Origin: Vitrella brassicaformis CCMP3155
Lineage: Eukaryota; Protista; Chromerida
Direction: 5' to 3'
NCBI GenBank assembly: GCA_001179505.1
Contig: CDMY01000759.1
Location: 62,001 to 126,000 of the forward strand
DNA length: 64,000 nt
The notes under the pieces were generated by a model. The model was not told the origin of the DNA. It saw only the letters and a program-made list of their open reading frames with translations, and did no database searches. The first letter of the stretch is position 1. Each line of letters begins with the position of its first letter. Positions 48,474 through 60,293 of this stretch are shown here, piece by piece. A program made the position numbers and the translations under genes.

Positions 48474-49663
48474 TGGCTGAGCTGGTGGTCAAGGTGCTGT
48501 CGACGCTGATATGGCGGCACCGGACGAAAACGCGGCCCAAGAGGATCATTTTGGTGCGGCACGGGGAGTCTTTGGGCAACAAATACCCGAGCACGTACTT
48601 CGACGTGCCCGATAACCTCATCCCTCTAACCGACAAGGGCCGACGGGAGGCGAGGGTACGCAGGGAGAGCAGACACGGGCGGGGTGTGCACACGTTCTGC
48701 AGCCACTGGTGTGTGTGTGTGTTTGCGTGTGTGTGTGTGTGCAGGAGGCTGGCGAGTCCCTGAAGCAGCTGATCGGCAACGAGACGGTCTCATTTTACGT
48801 CAGCCCCTTTCTGCGGACCGCCCAGACCTTCGAGGAGATGATCAAAGCATTCGACCGGGGGCAGTACTGGGTAAGCTCACCATATCGCCCCTTTCCTTGC
48901 CCATGTTCTCCTTCCTTGATGCCTGTGTCAGGTTCGGTACGAGCCACGCATTCGCGAGCAGGAGTGGGGCTTTCTGCCCGGAAAAGAGTCGTTCGAAGAG
49001 GTCCGTGAGGGCAATGGACACGTCATTTTTCTGCATGTGTGGATTGTCCGTTGCTCTGCACGTGTGCAGGCCCGTGCTAAGCGGCAGCACGTGGGTCGGT
49101 TCTTCTTTCGGTTCCAGGGCGGCGAGAGCGGCGCCGACGTGTACGACCGAGTGACGTCCTTCCTGCACACGCTATTCAGAGAGTTCGACAGCAAGGGCGG
49201 TCAGATGGACAACGTGATCCTTGTCAGCCACGGGTTCACCTGCAGGGTCTTCATTATGAGGTAGCCAGACGCTGCCACGGTCGGGCGAGTCTCTGATTCT
49301 TCCTTGTGAGTTCGTGTGTGTGTTGTGTAGGTATTTCCACTACAGCTACCAGGAGATGGAGAGCTGGGAGAACCTCAGGAACTGCGAATACGTCATCCTC
49401 GAGAAGAACAAGTCGGGCGCCTACGAATGCATCACGCCACTCGAACGCAACCCCCTCGCACCGCCGCTCACCGACCACGGTAAGATACCCTCACACATTC
49501 ACAAACAGGCGCGTGGACCCCCAGGTGCTCCCTTGGCATGTGTGTGGCTGTGCCAGGTCCGTGTATGTGTCGGACGTGCTCAAAGGCTGCCGGCAAGGGC
49601 CCCATACCGCCGCGCGACAAGAGCAGATACAGCGTCCTCACCGACATCTTCAGGAACGACTGA
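48056..49663 (+). CDS. Histidine phosphatase superfamily (phosphoglycerate mutase-like; Det1/AT74-type)
   Basis: RPKRIILVRHGESLGN, PLTDKGRREAR, YVSPFLRTAQT, EPRIREQEWG, FFFRFQGGESGADVYDRVTSF, VILVSHGFTCRVFIMR/YFH, LRNCEYVIL. Confidence 0.93.
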
Positions 49664-50194
49664 GCCAGCCAGGGAGGGAGGGAGGGAGGGGAGGGGCCGC
49701 AACGCGACGCGTCGGCATACTCACTGCCCACGTTTCTCGTGTTGTCTGTCTCTATGCCTGACTCCGCCGACACAAAGCCGGTGGGGCGGGCAGTTTTTCA
49801 GTGTCACATGGGCAGCCAGCTGCATGATAACTGATGCTCATTTGAGCATTCATCCATTCATCTGTTCTCGCTGTCTTTTTCAGTGCATGGAATATGCCAT
49901 GCGATGCGATGCGATGGCACGTGTGTGCTGATGGGCACATATGAGGGTGGAGGCGGGTGCAGGGGGTCACCCATGCATACATAGAGCACACATGTGGATA
50001 TCTGTCTGTCTGCCTGTCTGCCTGCCTGGTGTGTGCGTCCATTTTGGTATGTCGAACATGCCGGCGGGGTGACCGCCCGGCTGATTTCTATCTATCGGTG
50101 TGAGGAGGGACGGGGCGGATTGGAGGGAGGGAGGGGTCTTTTCTGTGTACAGCACAGCACCAACGAGGGAGACGGGCCGACTGACTTGCCGACT

Positions 50195-50854
50195 TTCTTC
50201 CTTTTTGCTTGGTGTGTGTACAACTGCTCGGTCGAAAGCCGCGTGAGTGCACTCATGAATGGACGCACCAAGACATTAGAGACATCCAACTATCGTCCTC
50301 CCTCGGCTTGTGTCTCAGCCCGATGGATGGCTGTCCCCTTCAACGTGGTCATGGAAATATGAAACATGGGAATATAAAATGTAGGCAGAGATTCCCCACC
50401 CACCTTCCTCGCTGCCCTTACGCATCAACACAGACAGACTTCGCCAATCATACATATGTGCGTGAACGTCAGTCAGTCAGTCCATCAACACGTGTCCATC
50501 GTGATTCACACCAGAGCCATCCATCCATACGCACATCCATCCATTGTGCACCGCATAGTCTCTCCCTCCAACTACACCGTCGCTGACCATGCATCCAGAA
50601 GAGACGACACGGCTGGGCATGGTTCTTCCTTTTTGCTTGGTGTGTGTACAACTGCTCGGTCGAAAGCCGCGTGAGTGCACTCATGAATGGACGCACCAAG
50701 ACATCATCTAATGAGAGATCCAATTGTCGTCCTCCCTGGGCTTGTATCTCAGCCCGATGGGTGGCTGTCCCCTTCAACGTCGTCATGGAAATATAAAACA
50801 TGGAAATATAAAATGTACGCAGAGATTCCCCACCCCAACTTCCTCGCTGCCCTT
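50195..50854 (+). repeat. Direct repeat pair, ~225-230 bp units (50195-50419 and 50623-50854)
   Basis: Both start ttcttcctttttgcttggtgtgtgtacaactgctcggtcgaaagccgcgtgag and end cttcctcgctgccctt. Confidence 0.95.
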
Positions 50855-50859
50855 GCCGC

Positions 50860-52880
50860 CCTTGCCTGCCTTGACTGTCTTTTGCCCTCCACTTGTCCCC
50901 TGCCGCCAGGTTGCACACGTGCGTCAGGCCAGCCGACCTCAGAAACTGATGGATGGACAGGCAGGCAGAGAAAGGGACACACGCAATCCATGCCGGCACA
51001 CATGAGTGAGTGTATGCACATTTTCTACCGATGGGTCATGCGCGGCGTCCCTGCTGCCTATGAGGAGCCTGCCTTTCGCCTCGCACAGATCATACAGATG
51101 GATGACATTCTCTCCTGTAGAGCAGAGACACACGCAGAGAAGGACAAAAAAGTATTCACCGCATTAAGTGTGTGCTCTGCTCCCCTCCCCACTGCTGGCA
51201 CATCGCACGTACTATTGGTGGTGTTCGAAGACTGTGTTGATCAGGGGGTCTGTGCGGTCTATCTTCTCAGTGCGGTTCCCCTTTGGCGATGGACGACTCG
51301 CTGAAACAGAGGGGACAGACATGCAGTGATCCCTCCCCTCCCTCCCCATCGCCCATTGACTCACTCACCAGCCGGTGCGTCAACATTTGCGTCGGTGTTG
51401 ATACTCAGTTTCACCGACTGACTCACCGTGTGTGAGTGTCGGCAGCTTCTTCGCCGCGCCCGCACTCTTGTGGTTCGACGCAGCAGACCGGCGGTGGGGA
51501 CGCTTCTTGGGAGACCCCTCGCTGAGCCCAGCCGACCCGACGGAGAACGCCACTCCGCAGGACAGCGGCATCTTGGAGTCACACTCGTCAAAACTCAGGG
51601 GCGGCAAACCTGCACACATCCAACCATCCGCAGGATAGCAAAGCAGATCAGATCAGATCGGGGGAGAGTGGGCTGTGCACTGGTCAGTCTCACTCACCTG
51701 TGTCGTGCTGCGGTTTGGCGGCCTTGACGGGGCGGAAGGCGAAGCCCATGCCCAGCTTGATCAGGCTCTTGTCCTGCTCGAGGAGCTGAAACTCAGACGC
51801 CTCAGACGTCGACTCGCCTCCGTCACAGTTGTGCTCATACAAGGAAAGCTTCTCACCAAACATCCCAGCAAACATCTGAACCAAACCACACACACACGAC
51901 ACACACATAGGACCCACGAGAAGGTCGGCTCTTGTCCTGTCCTGTCCTGTCCTGTCGTCTGTCCGCCCACCCACCTTGTGTTGGTGTGTGCGTCTGTCGG
52001 TCTTGGAGTGGATGTGCTTGGCCTGGTCGTGTTGGATCTTGAGTTTGAGCTGCTCGCCGGCGGGGTTGCCCTTGTCGGCCAGTAGCAGCGCATCCACCAC
52101 GTTCATGGCCTTCTCGTAGTCCGTCAACTGATACTGATAACACACAGAGAGGGAGAGGGAGAGAGGCGGCATGTGCAAAGTTTGTTGAGTGTGATGAGGG
52201 CACATCGATGTACCTGCGTCGGTGTCGATAGACAACCCCAACCCTCCCAGTCGACGACGGCATGGCGGGTCTACAGTCGGTCAACGAAGGACAGACAGAC
52301 AAGAAGCCCACAGCCACCAATCATCCCGCCGCCCGCATGCATGACGCTTGATCCTCACCCGGTCTCTTGGGTGAGTCCTGCCGGCCCAGTCGGGGTGGGC
52401 TCCTTGGCGGGTTCCTTGGCCGGCTCCTGTGCCTGCTGCCGTGCGGTGTGTCAATCGCTAGGGCAGGTCGCCTCATCCTCACCGCTACAGCCTGCATATG
52501 CAACAGCCAGAACACACCACACAGCAGGTGCGTTTGCATGCGTCACGAAGCCGTCACATACACAACGAATGCAGTGTCGGCGACCACTCACCGGTGTTGC
52601 CTGTGGCTGCCGCCTGTCTGTCGTCCTGATTGCCCTCAAGCCATGCAGCCTGATTGCTCTCCGCGGTCGGGTGAGATGGACACCTTGCTCAGCCTCCCGA
52701 CGATGTTGTTGACCCCCCGCACGCCATTCAGCTTCACCATGGCCTTCTGTGCACACAACACACACACAACAGCTGAGGCTCCTGCTAGGAGCTCCTGCGC
52801 GTCGTGCTCCCTTAAGGCCGTGCAACTCAACACAGCTGGAGGCATGCCATCGCTGATGAGGAGAATTGTTTGTTTTCAAT
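50860..52880 (-). pseudogene. Degenerate third DSP paralogue with extra N-terminal exons, including a TPR-like helix
   Basis: Exons LSINTDANVDAPAG, IDRTDPLINTVFEHHQ, ENVIHLYDLCEAKGRLLIGSRDAAHD and QFLRSAGLTHVCNLAAGD parallel copy A. There are in-frame stops, and no HCxxGxxR exon was found. Upstream exon YEKAMNVVDALLLADKGNPAGEQLKLKI is TPR-like. Confidence 0.7.
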
Positions 52881-53112
52881 TTGTTTTTTCGCAGTTTGTC
52901 TCGCTTTCTCGCCGTTACTTTTTCGCGAGTGACCGGCGAGGATTTTGCGGGCTGGGATCTCTGGCCGGGCAGCGTCGGATCCGGATTCTGGAAGGCTTAG
53001 GAAGATCTGGCATTGCTGGCAAGGGCAGGGTGGGGCCTGCTTTGGAAGATTTGTTCTTCCGTCGTAACGGCCAGTTGTACGCCGTGTGGAGCGTTCCGTG
53101 AGGGCGGCCTTC

Positions 53113-55377
53113 ATGCTCTCCCTGCACTCGCTCGTCCTCGTCTGCTGCATCCTGTCAAGAGTGATCGGCAGCACCGGCACACCAACCTTCCGCCAACAGC
53201 GGCAGCCCCAACCGCCGCGAGCACTCCAGGAGGATCCTGGTGACTATCTAGCTGATGGCAGCTGGGCCGCCGATGACAATGGCATTGCCTCGCCACCGCC
53301 TCCGGCCGGGGACGACGGTGAGGCTGAGGAGTGGGATGAGGAGGGAGAGGGGGAGGACGGGCCGCTGCTCGACCTGCTGGCAGACAAGGCTGGAGGGGGG
53401 CCGAAGAGGAAGCAGGCGCTTAGGCCTGTACCGGGAAATGGGGTGTATTTGGGAGCCATACTCGAGGTGAGGAGAGAGGCAGGGAGAGAGTGGCTGAAAG
53501 GGTGTTAGTGTGTGTCTGTGTCGTCTGCTGTGTGTCAGGGTGAGGGTCAGATGCAGCCCTTCAACCAGCGGACGGGCATCCACCACGCGGCATTTATGAA
53601 GTTCATAAAGTTCCCTCAAGTCCTCACCGACACTGAGGGCGAAATGAAGGCCGTAAGACACAGACACACACACACAGCCACACACACAGCAAGACCAGCA
53701 AACGTGTGACTGGTGCTACAGCTGGCGTCTTTCATGCGGGAGTGTCGCGAGAACGACGCTATGGCGATGCTGACCCTGGAGACCCCAGATGGCCTCAACT
53801 CGTACACGGCAAAGGAGGTGCGTAAGTTCGCCCAGCTCATCAACCGGTGGGCCGACGTGCCGGTCTTTCTACGATGGAACCACGAGATGAACGGCAGGTA
53901 AGACTGCTCGGGGCTGATAAGGGTGTGGGGTGCGGGTCGGCGCGCGTTATATATCACTCTCTCTTTGTGTGTGTGTGTGTGTGTGTATAGTTGGAACGTA
54001 TGGGGCCAGCAGCCTGATCTGTACAAGGCGAAATTCGAAGAATTCGCCAAGATGATGAGGGTAAGCTATGCAAGGCGGGCACGCACGCACACACACATCC
54101 CTTTGGATGGGCTCTTGCCTGTGATGTTCGTGACCCTCCCAGAAGCACTCGAAGCAAGTGGTGAGTGAGTGAGTGCTGCAGCAAAGAAAGAACACACTCA
54201 GTGGGTGTCCCTGTCTGTGTCTGTGTGTGTCGATCGATTATCAGGCGATGGTGTGGACGCCAAATCAGGTCTAAAAGCTGACCACACCATTGGCTGGGAA
54301 ATGCACAGAACCACGCACCATGGCACTGACAGAGAAAGAGCGCATGCTTTCTCATGCTTTCTCTTTTCAAATCAGGAGTGGGGCTTCCCTTGGAAAGACG
54401 GACAGCACTACAACGCGTAAGTAACAAATCCAACTCATCCGTCCATCACTCACTGGCTCATTCATATGCTGTCTTGGCGTGTTTTGTTTGTGTGCAGCTC
54501 GATCGACCCCTACGACCCATACCTGCAGTTTCTGCCCGACAAGTCGCTGGTCGACTGGATCGGCATCAGCTACTTCCACTTCGGACACGAAGTCCGCGGC
54601 AAGAACCTCATCCCAGGCAACAACATCGTCCCCCTCCCGCACTCATTTTTCCCGCCCATAGAGGATTTCTACAGATTCGCGCAGCGCCTCAACGACGACA
54701 GCAAGAACCCGCAGCTGCCGATACTGATTGCGGAGACCAGTGCGGTGTGGAATGTGGACGGGCCAGTGAATCGCAACTATATGGAAGAACAAGCCAATGG
54801 GGGCGGGGGGCGGGTGTTGCAGCAGCAGGATGGGGGTGGGGGGTGGCACTGTCCGCACCAGGGCGCCACTGAGGTGAACACAAAAAAGAGAGACGCACGG
54901 GAGGGGAGGGAAGCTGACGCTCTCAGTGTGTGTGTGTGTGTGTGTGTGCTGGTGTGTATGCTCAGTGGGACATCAAGACAGCGTGGCTGCATGAGGTGTA
55001 CGACCTGGATAGCGACGGCAAGAACCTCAAGAAGGACTTCCGTAAGTGTTGGCTTACACGTACATAGAGATACTTGCTGATGTGTCGCTGAACAGCACTC
55101 ATTCGGGCGATCTTCTGGTTCAACGTCGCCAAATACGAACCTGGTCACACAGCACACACACACACACACACACACCACACATGCATCCAAGACACGTCCA
55201 CTGTCTCTCTCTCTGTGTATGACTCTCTGTGTGTCAGTGGCCAAGGTGAATGCCGATTGGCGATTGGACATGCAGCCGGCCGTCACCGATGTGTATCGCA
55301 AGCTGGCCTCCGACGACTACTTCCTCAAACACGCAGTGGCGGCTTTCGAGACACAGCAGACTATGCAGAGCCCCTAA
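53113..55377 (+). CDS. Secreted glycoside hydrolase family 26 (beta-mannanase/glucanase-like)
   Basis: Signal MLSLHSLVLVCCILSRVIG. VFLRWNHEMNG(S)/WNVWGQQP carries the acid/base Glu. Also AMVWTPN, VDWIGISYFHFG, ILIAETSA (nucleophile Glu) and IRAIFWFNVAKYE. Confidence 0.88.
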
Positions 55378-55836
55378 AATGGAAGCGATTGGATGGATGG
55401 GAGGGTCGGGGGCAAGTCCGACAGGAGGCTGAGGGTGGTCTGGTGGCTCGTCGTCTGGTGATAGCAAAGGTGTGTGTCTGTGGGTGTGTGGGTGAAGTGG
55501 GGGTGGGGTGTCTGTTCGTTATAGGTATGTTTCTGTCTGTTGTGTTCCATGTAACACATCTATTTATTTGTGTACTCGTTCGCAATCCATTTGTTTGTTT
55601 ACGGTTGAGCATATGGGCATTGTATATTTGTTCGTCGACATGTACACCAAAAGACAGACAGGTTCATGTCAGCTCGCTGAGTCGGAATTTTGCTTCCCCG
55701 TGGGTGCGTGTCTCATTTGGTGTCAATGGCGTGGGCACAGATTTGTGTGCCTGCCCGCCTTCCTGCCTGCCTTGTGAAGGGCGTTTCGCTCGCCCTTCTC
55801 TGCATGTGTGGTGCTACTTGCCCGACTAATTGGAAG

Positions 55837-55912
55837 GCTTCGGTGGCACAGTGGATAGCGCGATCCCCCCCTAAGGGATAGGTCGGTGTTTCGAACCCTC
55901 CCCGGAGTGCCA
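55837..55912 (+). tRNA. Degenerate tRNA-Arg(CCT), probable pseudo-tRNA, followed by encoded CCA
   Basis: Acceptor GCTTCGG/CCGGAGT; D arm GCAC-AGTGGATA-GCGC; anticodon arm ATCCC-CCCCTAA-GGGAT; T loop TTCGAAC. C at position 33, two T-stem mismatches, one D-stem mismatch. G73 is followed by CCA. Confidence 0.75.
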
Positions 55913-56514
55913 TAGACTGGCAGCGTGGGAACGGTAAATGTTCCAGATGATGCTTTGTGCGCCCACACTCAACGTGCGGGTGAGCGTGGCGTGCATTGCA
56001 TCGGGGACCATGGATCGGGCAATGATTACCTAATGCTCTTGACTGATCACATCGTGTCAGTCAGCCCTCTGCGTGAGTTCTCTGTCCCATCCATCCATCC
56101 ACCCCATCCTCCTCATCCACACACATGGTGCACACGTGCACACGAGACGAGCAAGGCCTGGCTGTACATACAAGGCCCTCTCACCCCGTGCGAGCAGAGA
56201 AGTGTCCAGTACCCATCCATCCACCGCAGGCAAGCACTCATCGTCGAGTGGCCTTCGCCACCTCATCTCTGTCTGTCTGTCTGTCTCTATTGCGAGACTC
56301 GAAACTCATCATCAACTCATGCATCATAAGAAATGGATGGCTGGCATGCACACACCGTGACGGACAAAAGGCGCACACCGATAAACCAACACATACCGAC
56401 AAACAGCAACCGCGCAGCGCAGCGACACCGTCACACCAGAGCATCACGTTGCGATACCCCCCACACACCCGGTCATCCACGATCCATCCATCCATCAGTC
56501 ACCACCCGTCCGCC

Positions 56515-57956
56515 CTAGCGGCCTCGCAGGAGCTGTCTGGCCGGCCCGTTGCTACCGTCCACGGTGTGTGGTTGCACAGCAAGTATCTCCTGCTCCATGC
56601 GCCTGACCATGGCCGACCCCAGCACACGACGCCATGTCGGCGGGATGTGCAGCGGGTTGGGGAACGATGCGTTGTAGGCCGCCTCGTGAGCATCCCTGAC
56701 ACACACACACAGGCACACACACATCAACACACACACAGAGACAGGCACATGTCGTTCGTATGTGCACAGGTGCGCATCAGATGTCCTTTCCTTACCTTTC
56801 GGCATCGGTGATGTCGGATTCCCTGTACTCGACACACATTTCTGTGAGGTTGCTGACGGCCGCGACGGGGACGCCCCAGGGGCTGAGTGTGGCGTTGCCC
56901 GAGTAGTTGTCGTGGCCGTGCTGCTGCTGCCACCTGTGGTACAGCTTGTCGATGAACGAGTGGTGCACGTAGAACAGGGGATCGTTGGACGACGCGAACG
57001 AGTTCAACTCGCCGCCTGAACGGTCCCACGAACCGCGACCACGACCACCTGGAAAACACGCACAGACAGACAACGAGGGCCGCCCGGACGGGTATGTGCT
57101 TCCATGGGTATGTGCGTGTGTGTGTGTGTGTGTGTGCATTAGCTGACCGACGATGACGTGTGGGTACCAGTGGAACACCTCGAGCACCTTCCGAAAGGGC
57201 ACATACTCCTCCAGCTGGAACACAAACTCAACCTCGCGCATCGAAGGGAACCGCAAGATGACGTCACGCCCCGTCCCATTCAGCCATATGCCCCTGCGCA
57301 GACACTCTGGCCCACTTAGCTCCACATTGGTCGAGAAATCCGGTGCAAAGTGCAGCGAGAAGTTGCCCTCCGCCTGTGAGAACCGGCCGTCGGGCACGCA
57401 CTGGATGTCGTCGTCTGCCGTGGCGCCCGATCCGCCGAACCACTGTGGTGTGAACACGGGTGCGGTGTGTACGTGGTGGGCGTCGCGTGTCCAGTCCCAG
57501 TAGGGGATGGCGATGGATTTGTTGATGGCGCGCAGGCGCGTTTCGAAGTCGTAGACGATCTTCCGGTGCCAGGGAAAAAACCGGTTGTCGTGGTGGGACG
57601 ACCTGCGCTCCAAAAACAACAAGAGGATGGGAGCCCACTTTTGCCTGTCTGTCGGCCTGTGTCTGGTGTCTGTGTGGTGCTTACCATGGGTCCAGTTTGT
57701 GTATGTAAGTGAACTCCTCGTATTGGCTGAAGTTGCCCAGTGTGCTCGGCGTCCTGTGCAGCGTGATGATGGCATCGATGAAGGTCTCCCGCTCATCGTC
57801 GCTCAGGTCACGGATCTCGCGCCGCACACGGACATCGTCCTTTTCACACACGTGCTGTGCACGCGCCGATGACAGAAGCAGCAGCAGTAACGCTGCGAGA
57901 GCAGGAAGAGAGGCGTGGAGGGCCAGCCGAGAGGGCGGACAGGGGCGCTGTGTCAT
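56515..57956 (-). CDS. Secreted tyrosinase (type-3 di-copper)
   Basis: Signal LPALAALLLLLLSSARA; VRREIRDLS; CuA ligands FTYIH, SSHH, FFPWHR; IPYWDW; CuB ligands FHWYPH and NDPLFYVHHSFID. Final spliced exon RDAHEAAYNASFPNPLHIPPTW..*. Confidence 0.93.
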
Positions 57957-58076
57957 AATGGGGGCATGACGGACGGCAGTGTTGATGATAGATCTCTGCT
58001 GCTCTGTATCCTGCCGTGTGTTTCCCGCTGTATACGTGCCTTTCAGCTGAACTGTGTCAGTGACGCCACTGGGATC

Positions 58077-58087
58077 TGCGAGCTTAG
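58077..58087 (+). promoter_or_regulatory. Candidate motif TGCGAGCTTAG upstream of CIAO1
   Basis: Lies ~20 nt before the ATG, in a 150-bp divergent intergenic region. Confidence 0.35.
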
Positions 58088-58106
58088 CTTCTTCGAGGGA
58101 AGGAGG

Positions 58107-60293
58107 ATGTCAGAGCACTTGGAGAAGGTTGCTACGCTGACAGGCCACACCGACAGAGTGTGGGGTTGCGACTGGCGGCACGACGGCTGCGTGCTGGCCA
58201 CATGCAGCGCCGACAAGACAGTCAGGCTCTGGAACATCGACAGCAGCGGCAAGGCCGGGCCCGTCAGGGCACCGTGCGCGGTGAGCACCGACCACACACG
58301 CCTCATCGATTCATGCACCCGTCACAAATACATAGATCTCTGCATATGAGCACTTTGTTTGTCAGGCGGTGCTGAATTCCGACACGCATGACCGCACCAT
58401 CCGCACAGTGCAGTTCTCACTGGACGGCTCGACCATCGCAGCGGCCTCATTCGACGGCAGGACATCCCTTTGGAGGAGGGAGGAGCAAGATCTCGATGCC
58501 GCTCCCGACGAGGCCGCCGGCTGGCGGTGCATGACCAAGCTCGAAGGGCACGAAAACGAGGTGACGGACCGACGCTCAGATGGACGGCATACGTGGATCA
58601 GGAGGCGAATGCATATCCGGTCTGGAGTTGTTTGTTGTTATGGGTGTGGTGTGCAGGTGAAGTGTGCGGTATGGAGTCCGTCCGGTGAGTCGATCGCCAC
58701 GTGTGGGCGCGACAAGACGGTGTGGCTGTACGAGCGGGTGGAGGGGGAGGGGCAGGGCGGCAAGGAGCCCAGCTGGGAGTGCGCCGCCATACTCACCGGA
58801 CACACACAGGGTGAGCCGACGGATGGATAGATGTGTGTGGTGAGTGGGGGTGTGCTCTCTTTCTGTGTGTGTGCCTGTTAGACGTCAAGTGTGTCCGTTG
58901 GCACCCCGAGGGTGAGTTTCTGCTGTCTGCGAGCTATGACGACACCATCAAGATGTGGGGCAAAGTCACCGACGACTGGTGGGCGGAGACAGAGGGAGGG
59001 AGGGAGGAAGGGAGGGAGGGAGACACACAGACGTAGATGCATCTGGCTGTGGCTGATGGGTTTGTGCAGGGGTCTGCTGCACACGCTGCGGGGCCACACA
59101 TCGACTGTGTGGGGCATCGCATTCAACCACGATGGTGACACGAAGAGACCGTGAAGGCGGTCATAGCATACTTGGCTGCGGTGCACATCACATCTATCTC
59201 TGAAATGATCTCAGGTTCCCACTTTGCCAGCTGCTCCGACGATCGCACTGTCCGGATATGGACACGTAAGCACAGCACAGCACAGCACACAGGGGGGACA
59301 CATAAAGAAACATCAGAGTGACCCGCCCAGCCAGTCACCCATCCACTCGCCTTTGTACAACGTTGCAGGTCTGCCTCCCCGGCGGCCCCCAGCGGCTGCC
59401 CCCCAGCAGCAGACTCTCCCCGACGGCAAAGGGAAGCTGCCCCCATGGTACCTGTCCGGTGTCTTCAGATCCGCCGTCACATCATCCTCTCACACAGAAC
59501 AACTTGACCAATACCTGCAGCAGCAGCAGCAGCAGCAGCCATCTGAGCAGGAGCCACAGGAGCAGCAGGAGCAGGCCAACGGTGTGTTGGGTGAAGAGGA
59601 GAGGGTCGAGATGGATGTGAGTGGGTGGCGGTGCAGCTGCACGCTGCAGGGGTATCACGGGAGGACCATCTACTGTGTCGACTGGAGCAAACAGGGGGAC
59701 GACTGCATCGCCACGGTCAGTGAGTGAGTGAGAAGGCAGATAAGGGAGAGGGGGTCACGCTGCACAAGTGTGTTGACGTGTGGATCGCTGTGTTGCTAGG
59801 CGTGTGGTGACAACGCATTGCGTGTGTTCAAGAAAGCGTCCCCTGACGCCACCGAATGGACGCTCAGCTGCATGCAGGTAAGGAAGGTGGGTCAGTCAGA
59901 CAAATCAGACACACAAACAGACAGATGAGGAGAATGCACTTCCATGTGCTGGTGGTTACTCTCAGCCCGATGCCCATGGAACCGACGTCAACACGGTCAT
60001 GTGGAGGCCACACAGAGAGGGTGGGGGGTTGGGGAGGAGGGCACCGCACACAAGTGCGGAAGGAAACGGGCAGGCGTATCTGTGTGTGTGTGTGTGTGTG
60101 TGTGTGTGGAGCAGAGGATGGGAGTCTGCTTCTGGCGACAGGAGGTGCGCAGCACATCGATCACACCCACATGGACGGCTGGATGTGTGTGTGGATGTGT
60201 GCATCTCTGTGTGCAGGTGATGATGGGATGGTCCACTTATGGCGATACGTGCCGGCCGCTGACGCAGGAACAGCAGCAGCAGCAACAGAGTGA
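58107..60293 (+). CDS. CIAO1: Cytosolic Fe-S cluster assembly WD40 protein CIA1/CIAO1
   Basis: GHTDRVW..LATCSADKTVRLW; HDRTIR..AASFD; LEGHENE/VKCAVWS..ATCGRDKTVW; GHTQ/DVKCVRWHP..SASYDDTIK; HGRTIYCVDWS; CGDNALRVF; AHGTDVN; GDDGMVHLW. Gln-rich insertion at ~59370-59610. Confidence 0.95.

Noticed and set aside
50195-50854. Direct repeats as LTRs or a CRISPR array
   Set aside because: Only two units with a ~200-bp spacer, no TG..CA termini, no primer-binding site and no repeat-spacer periodicity.
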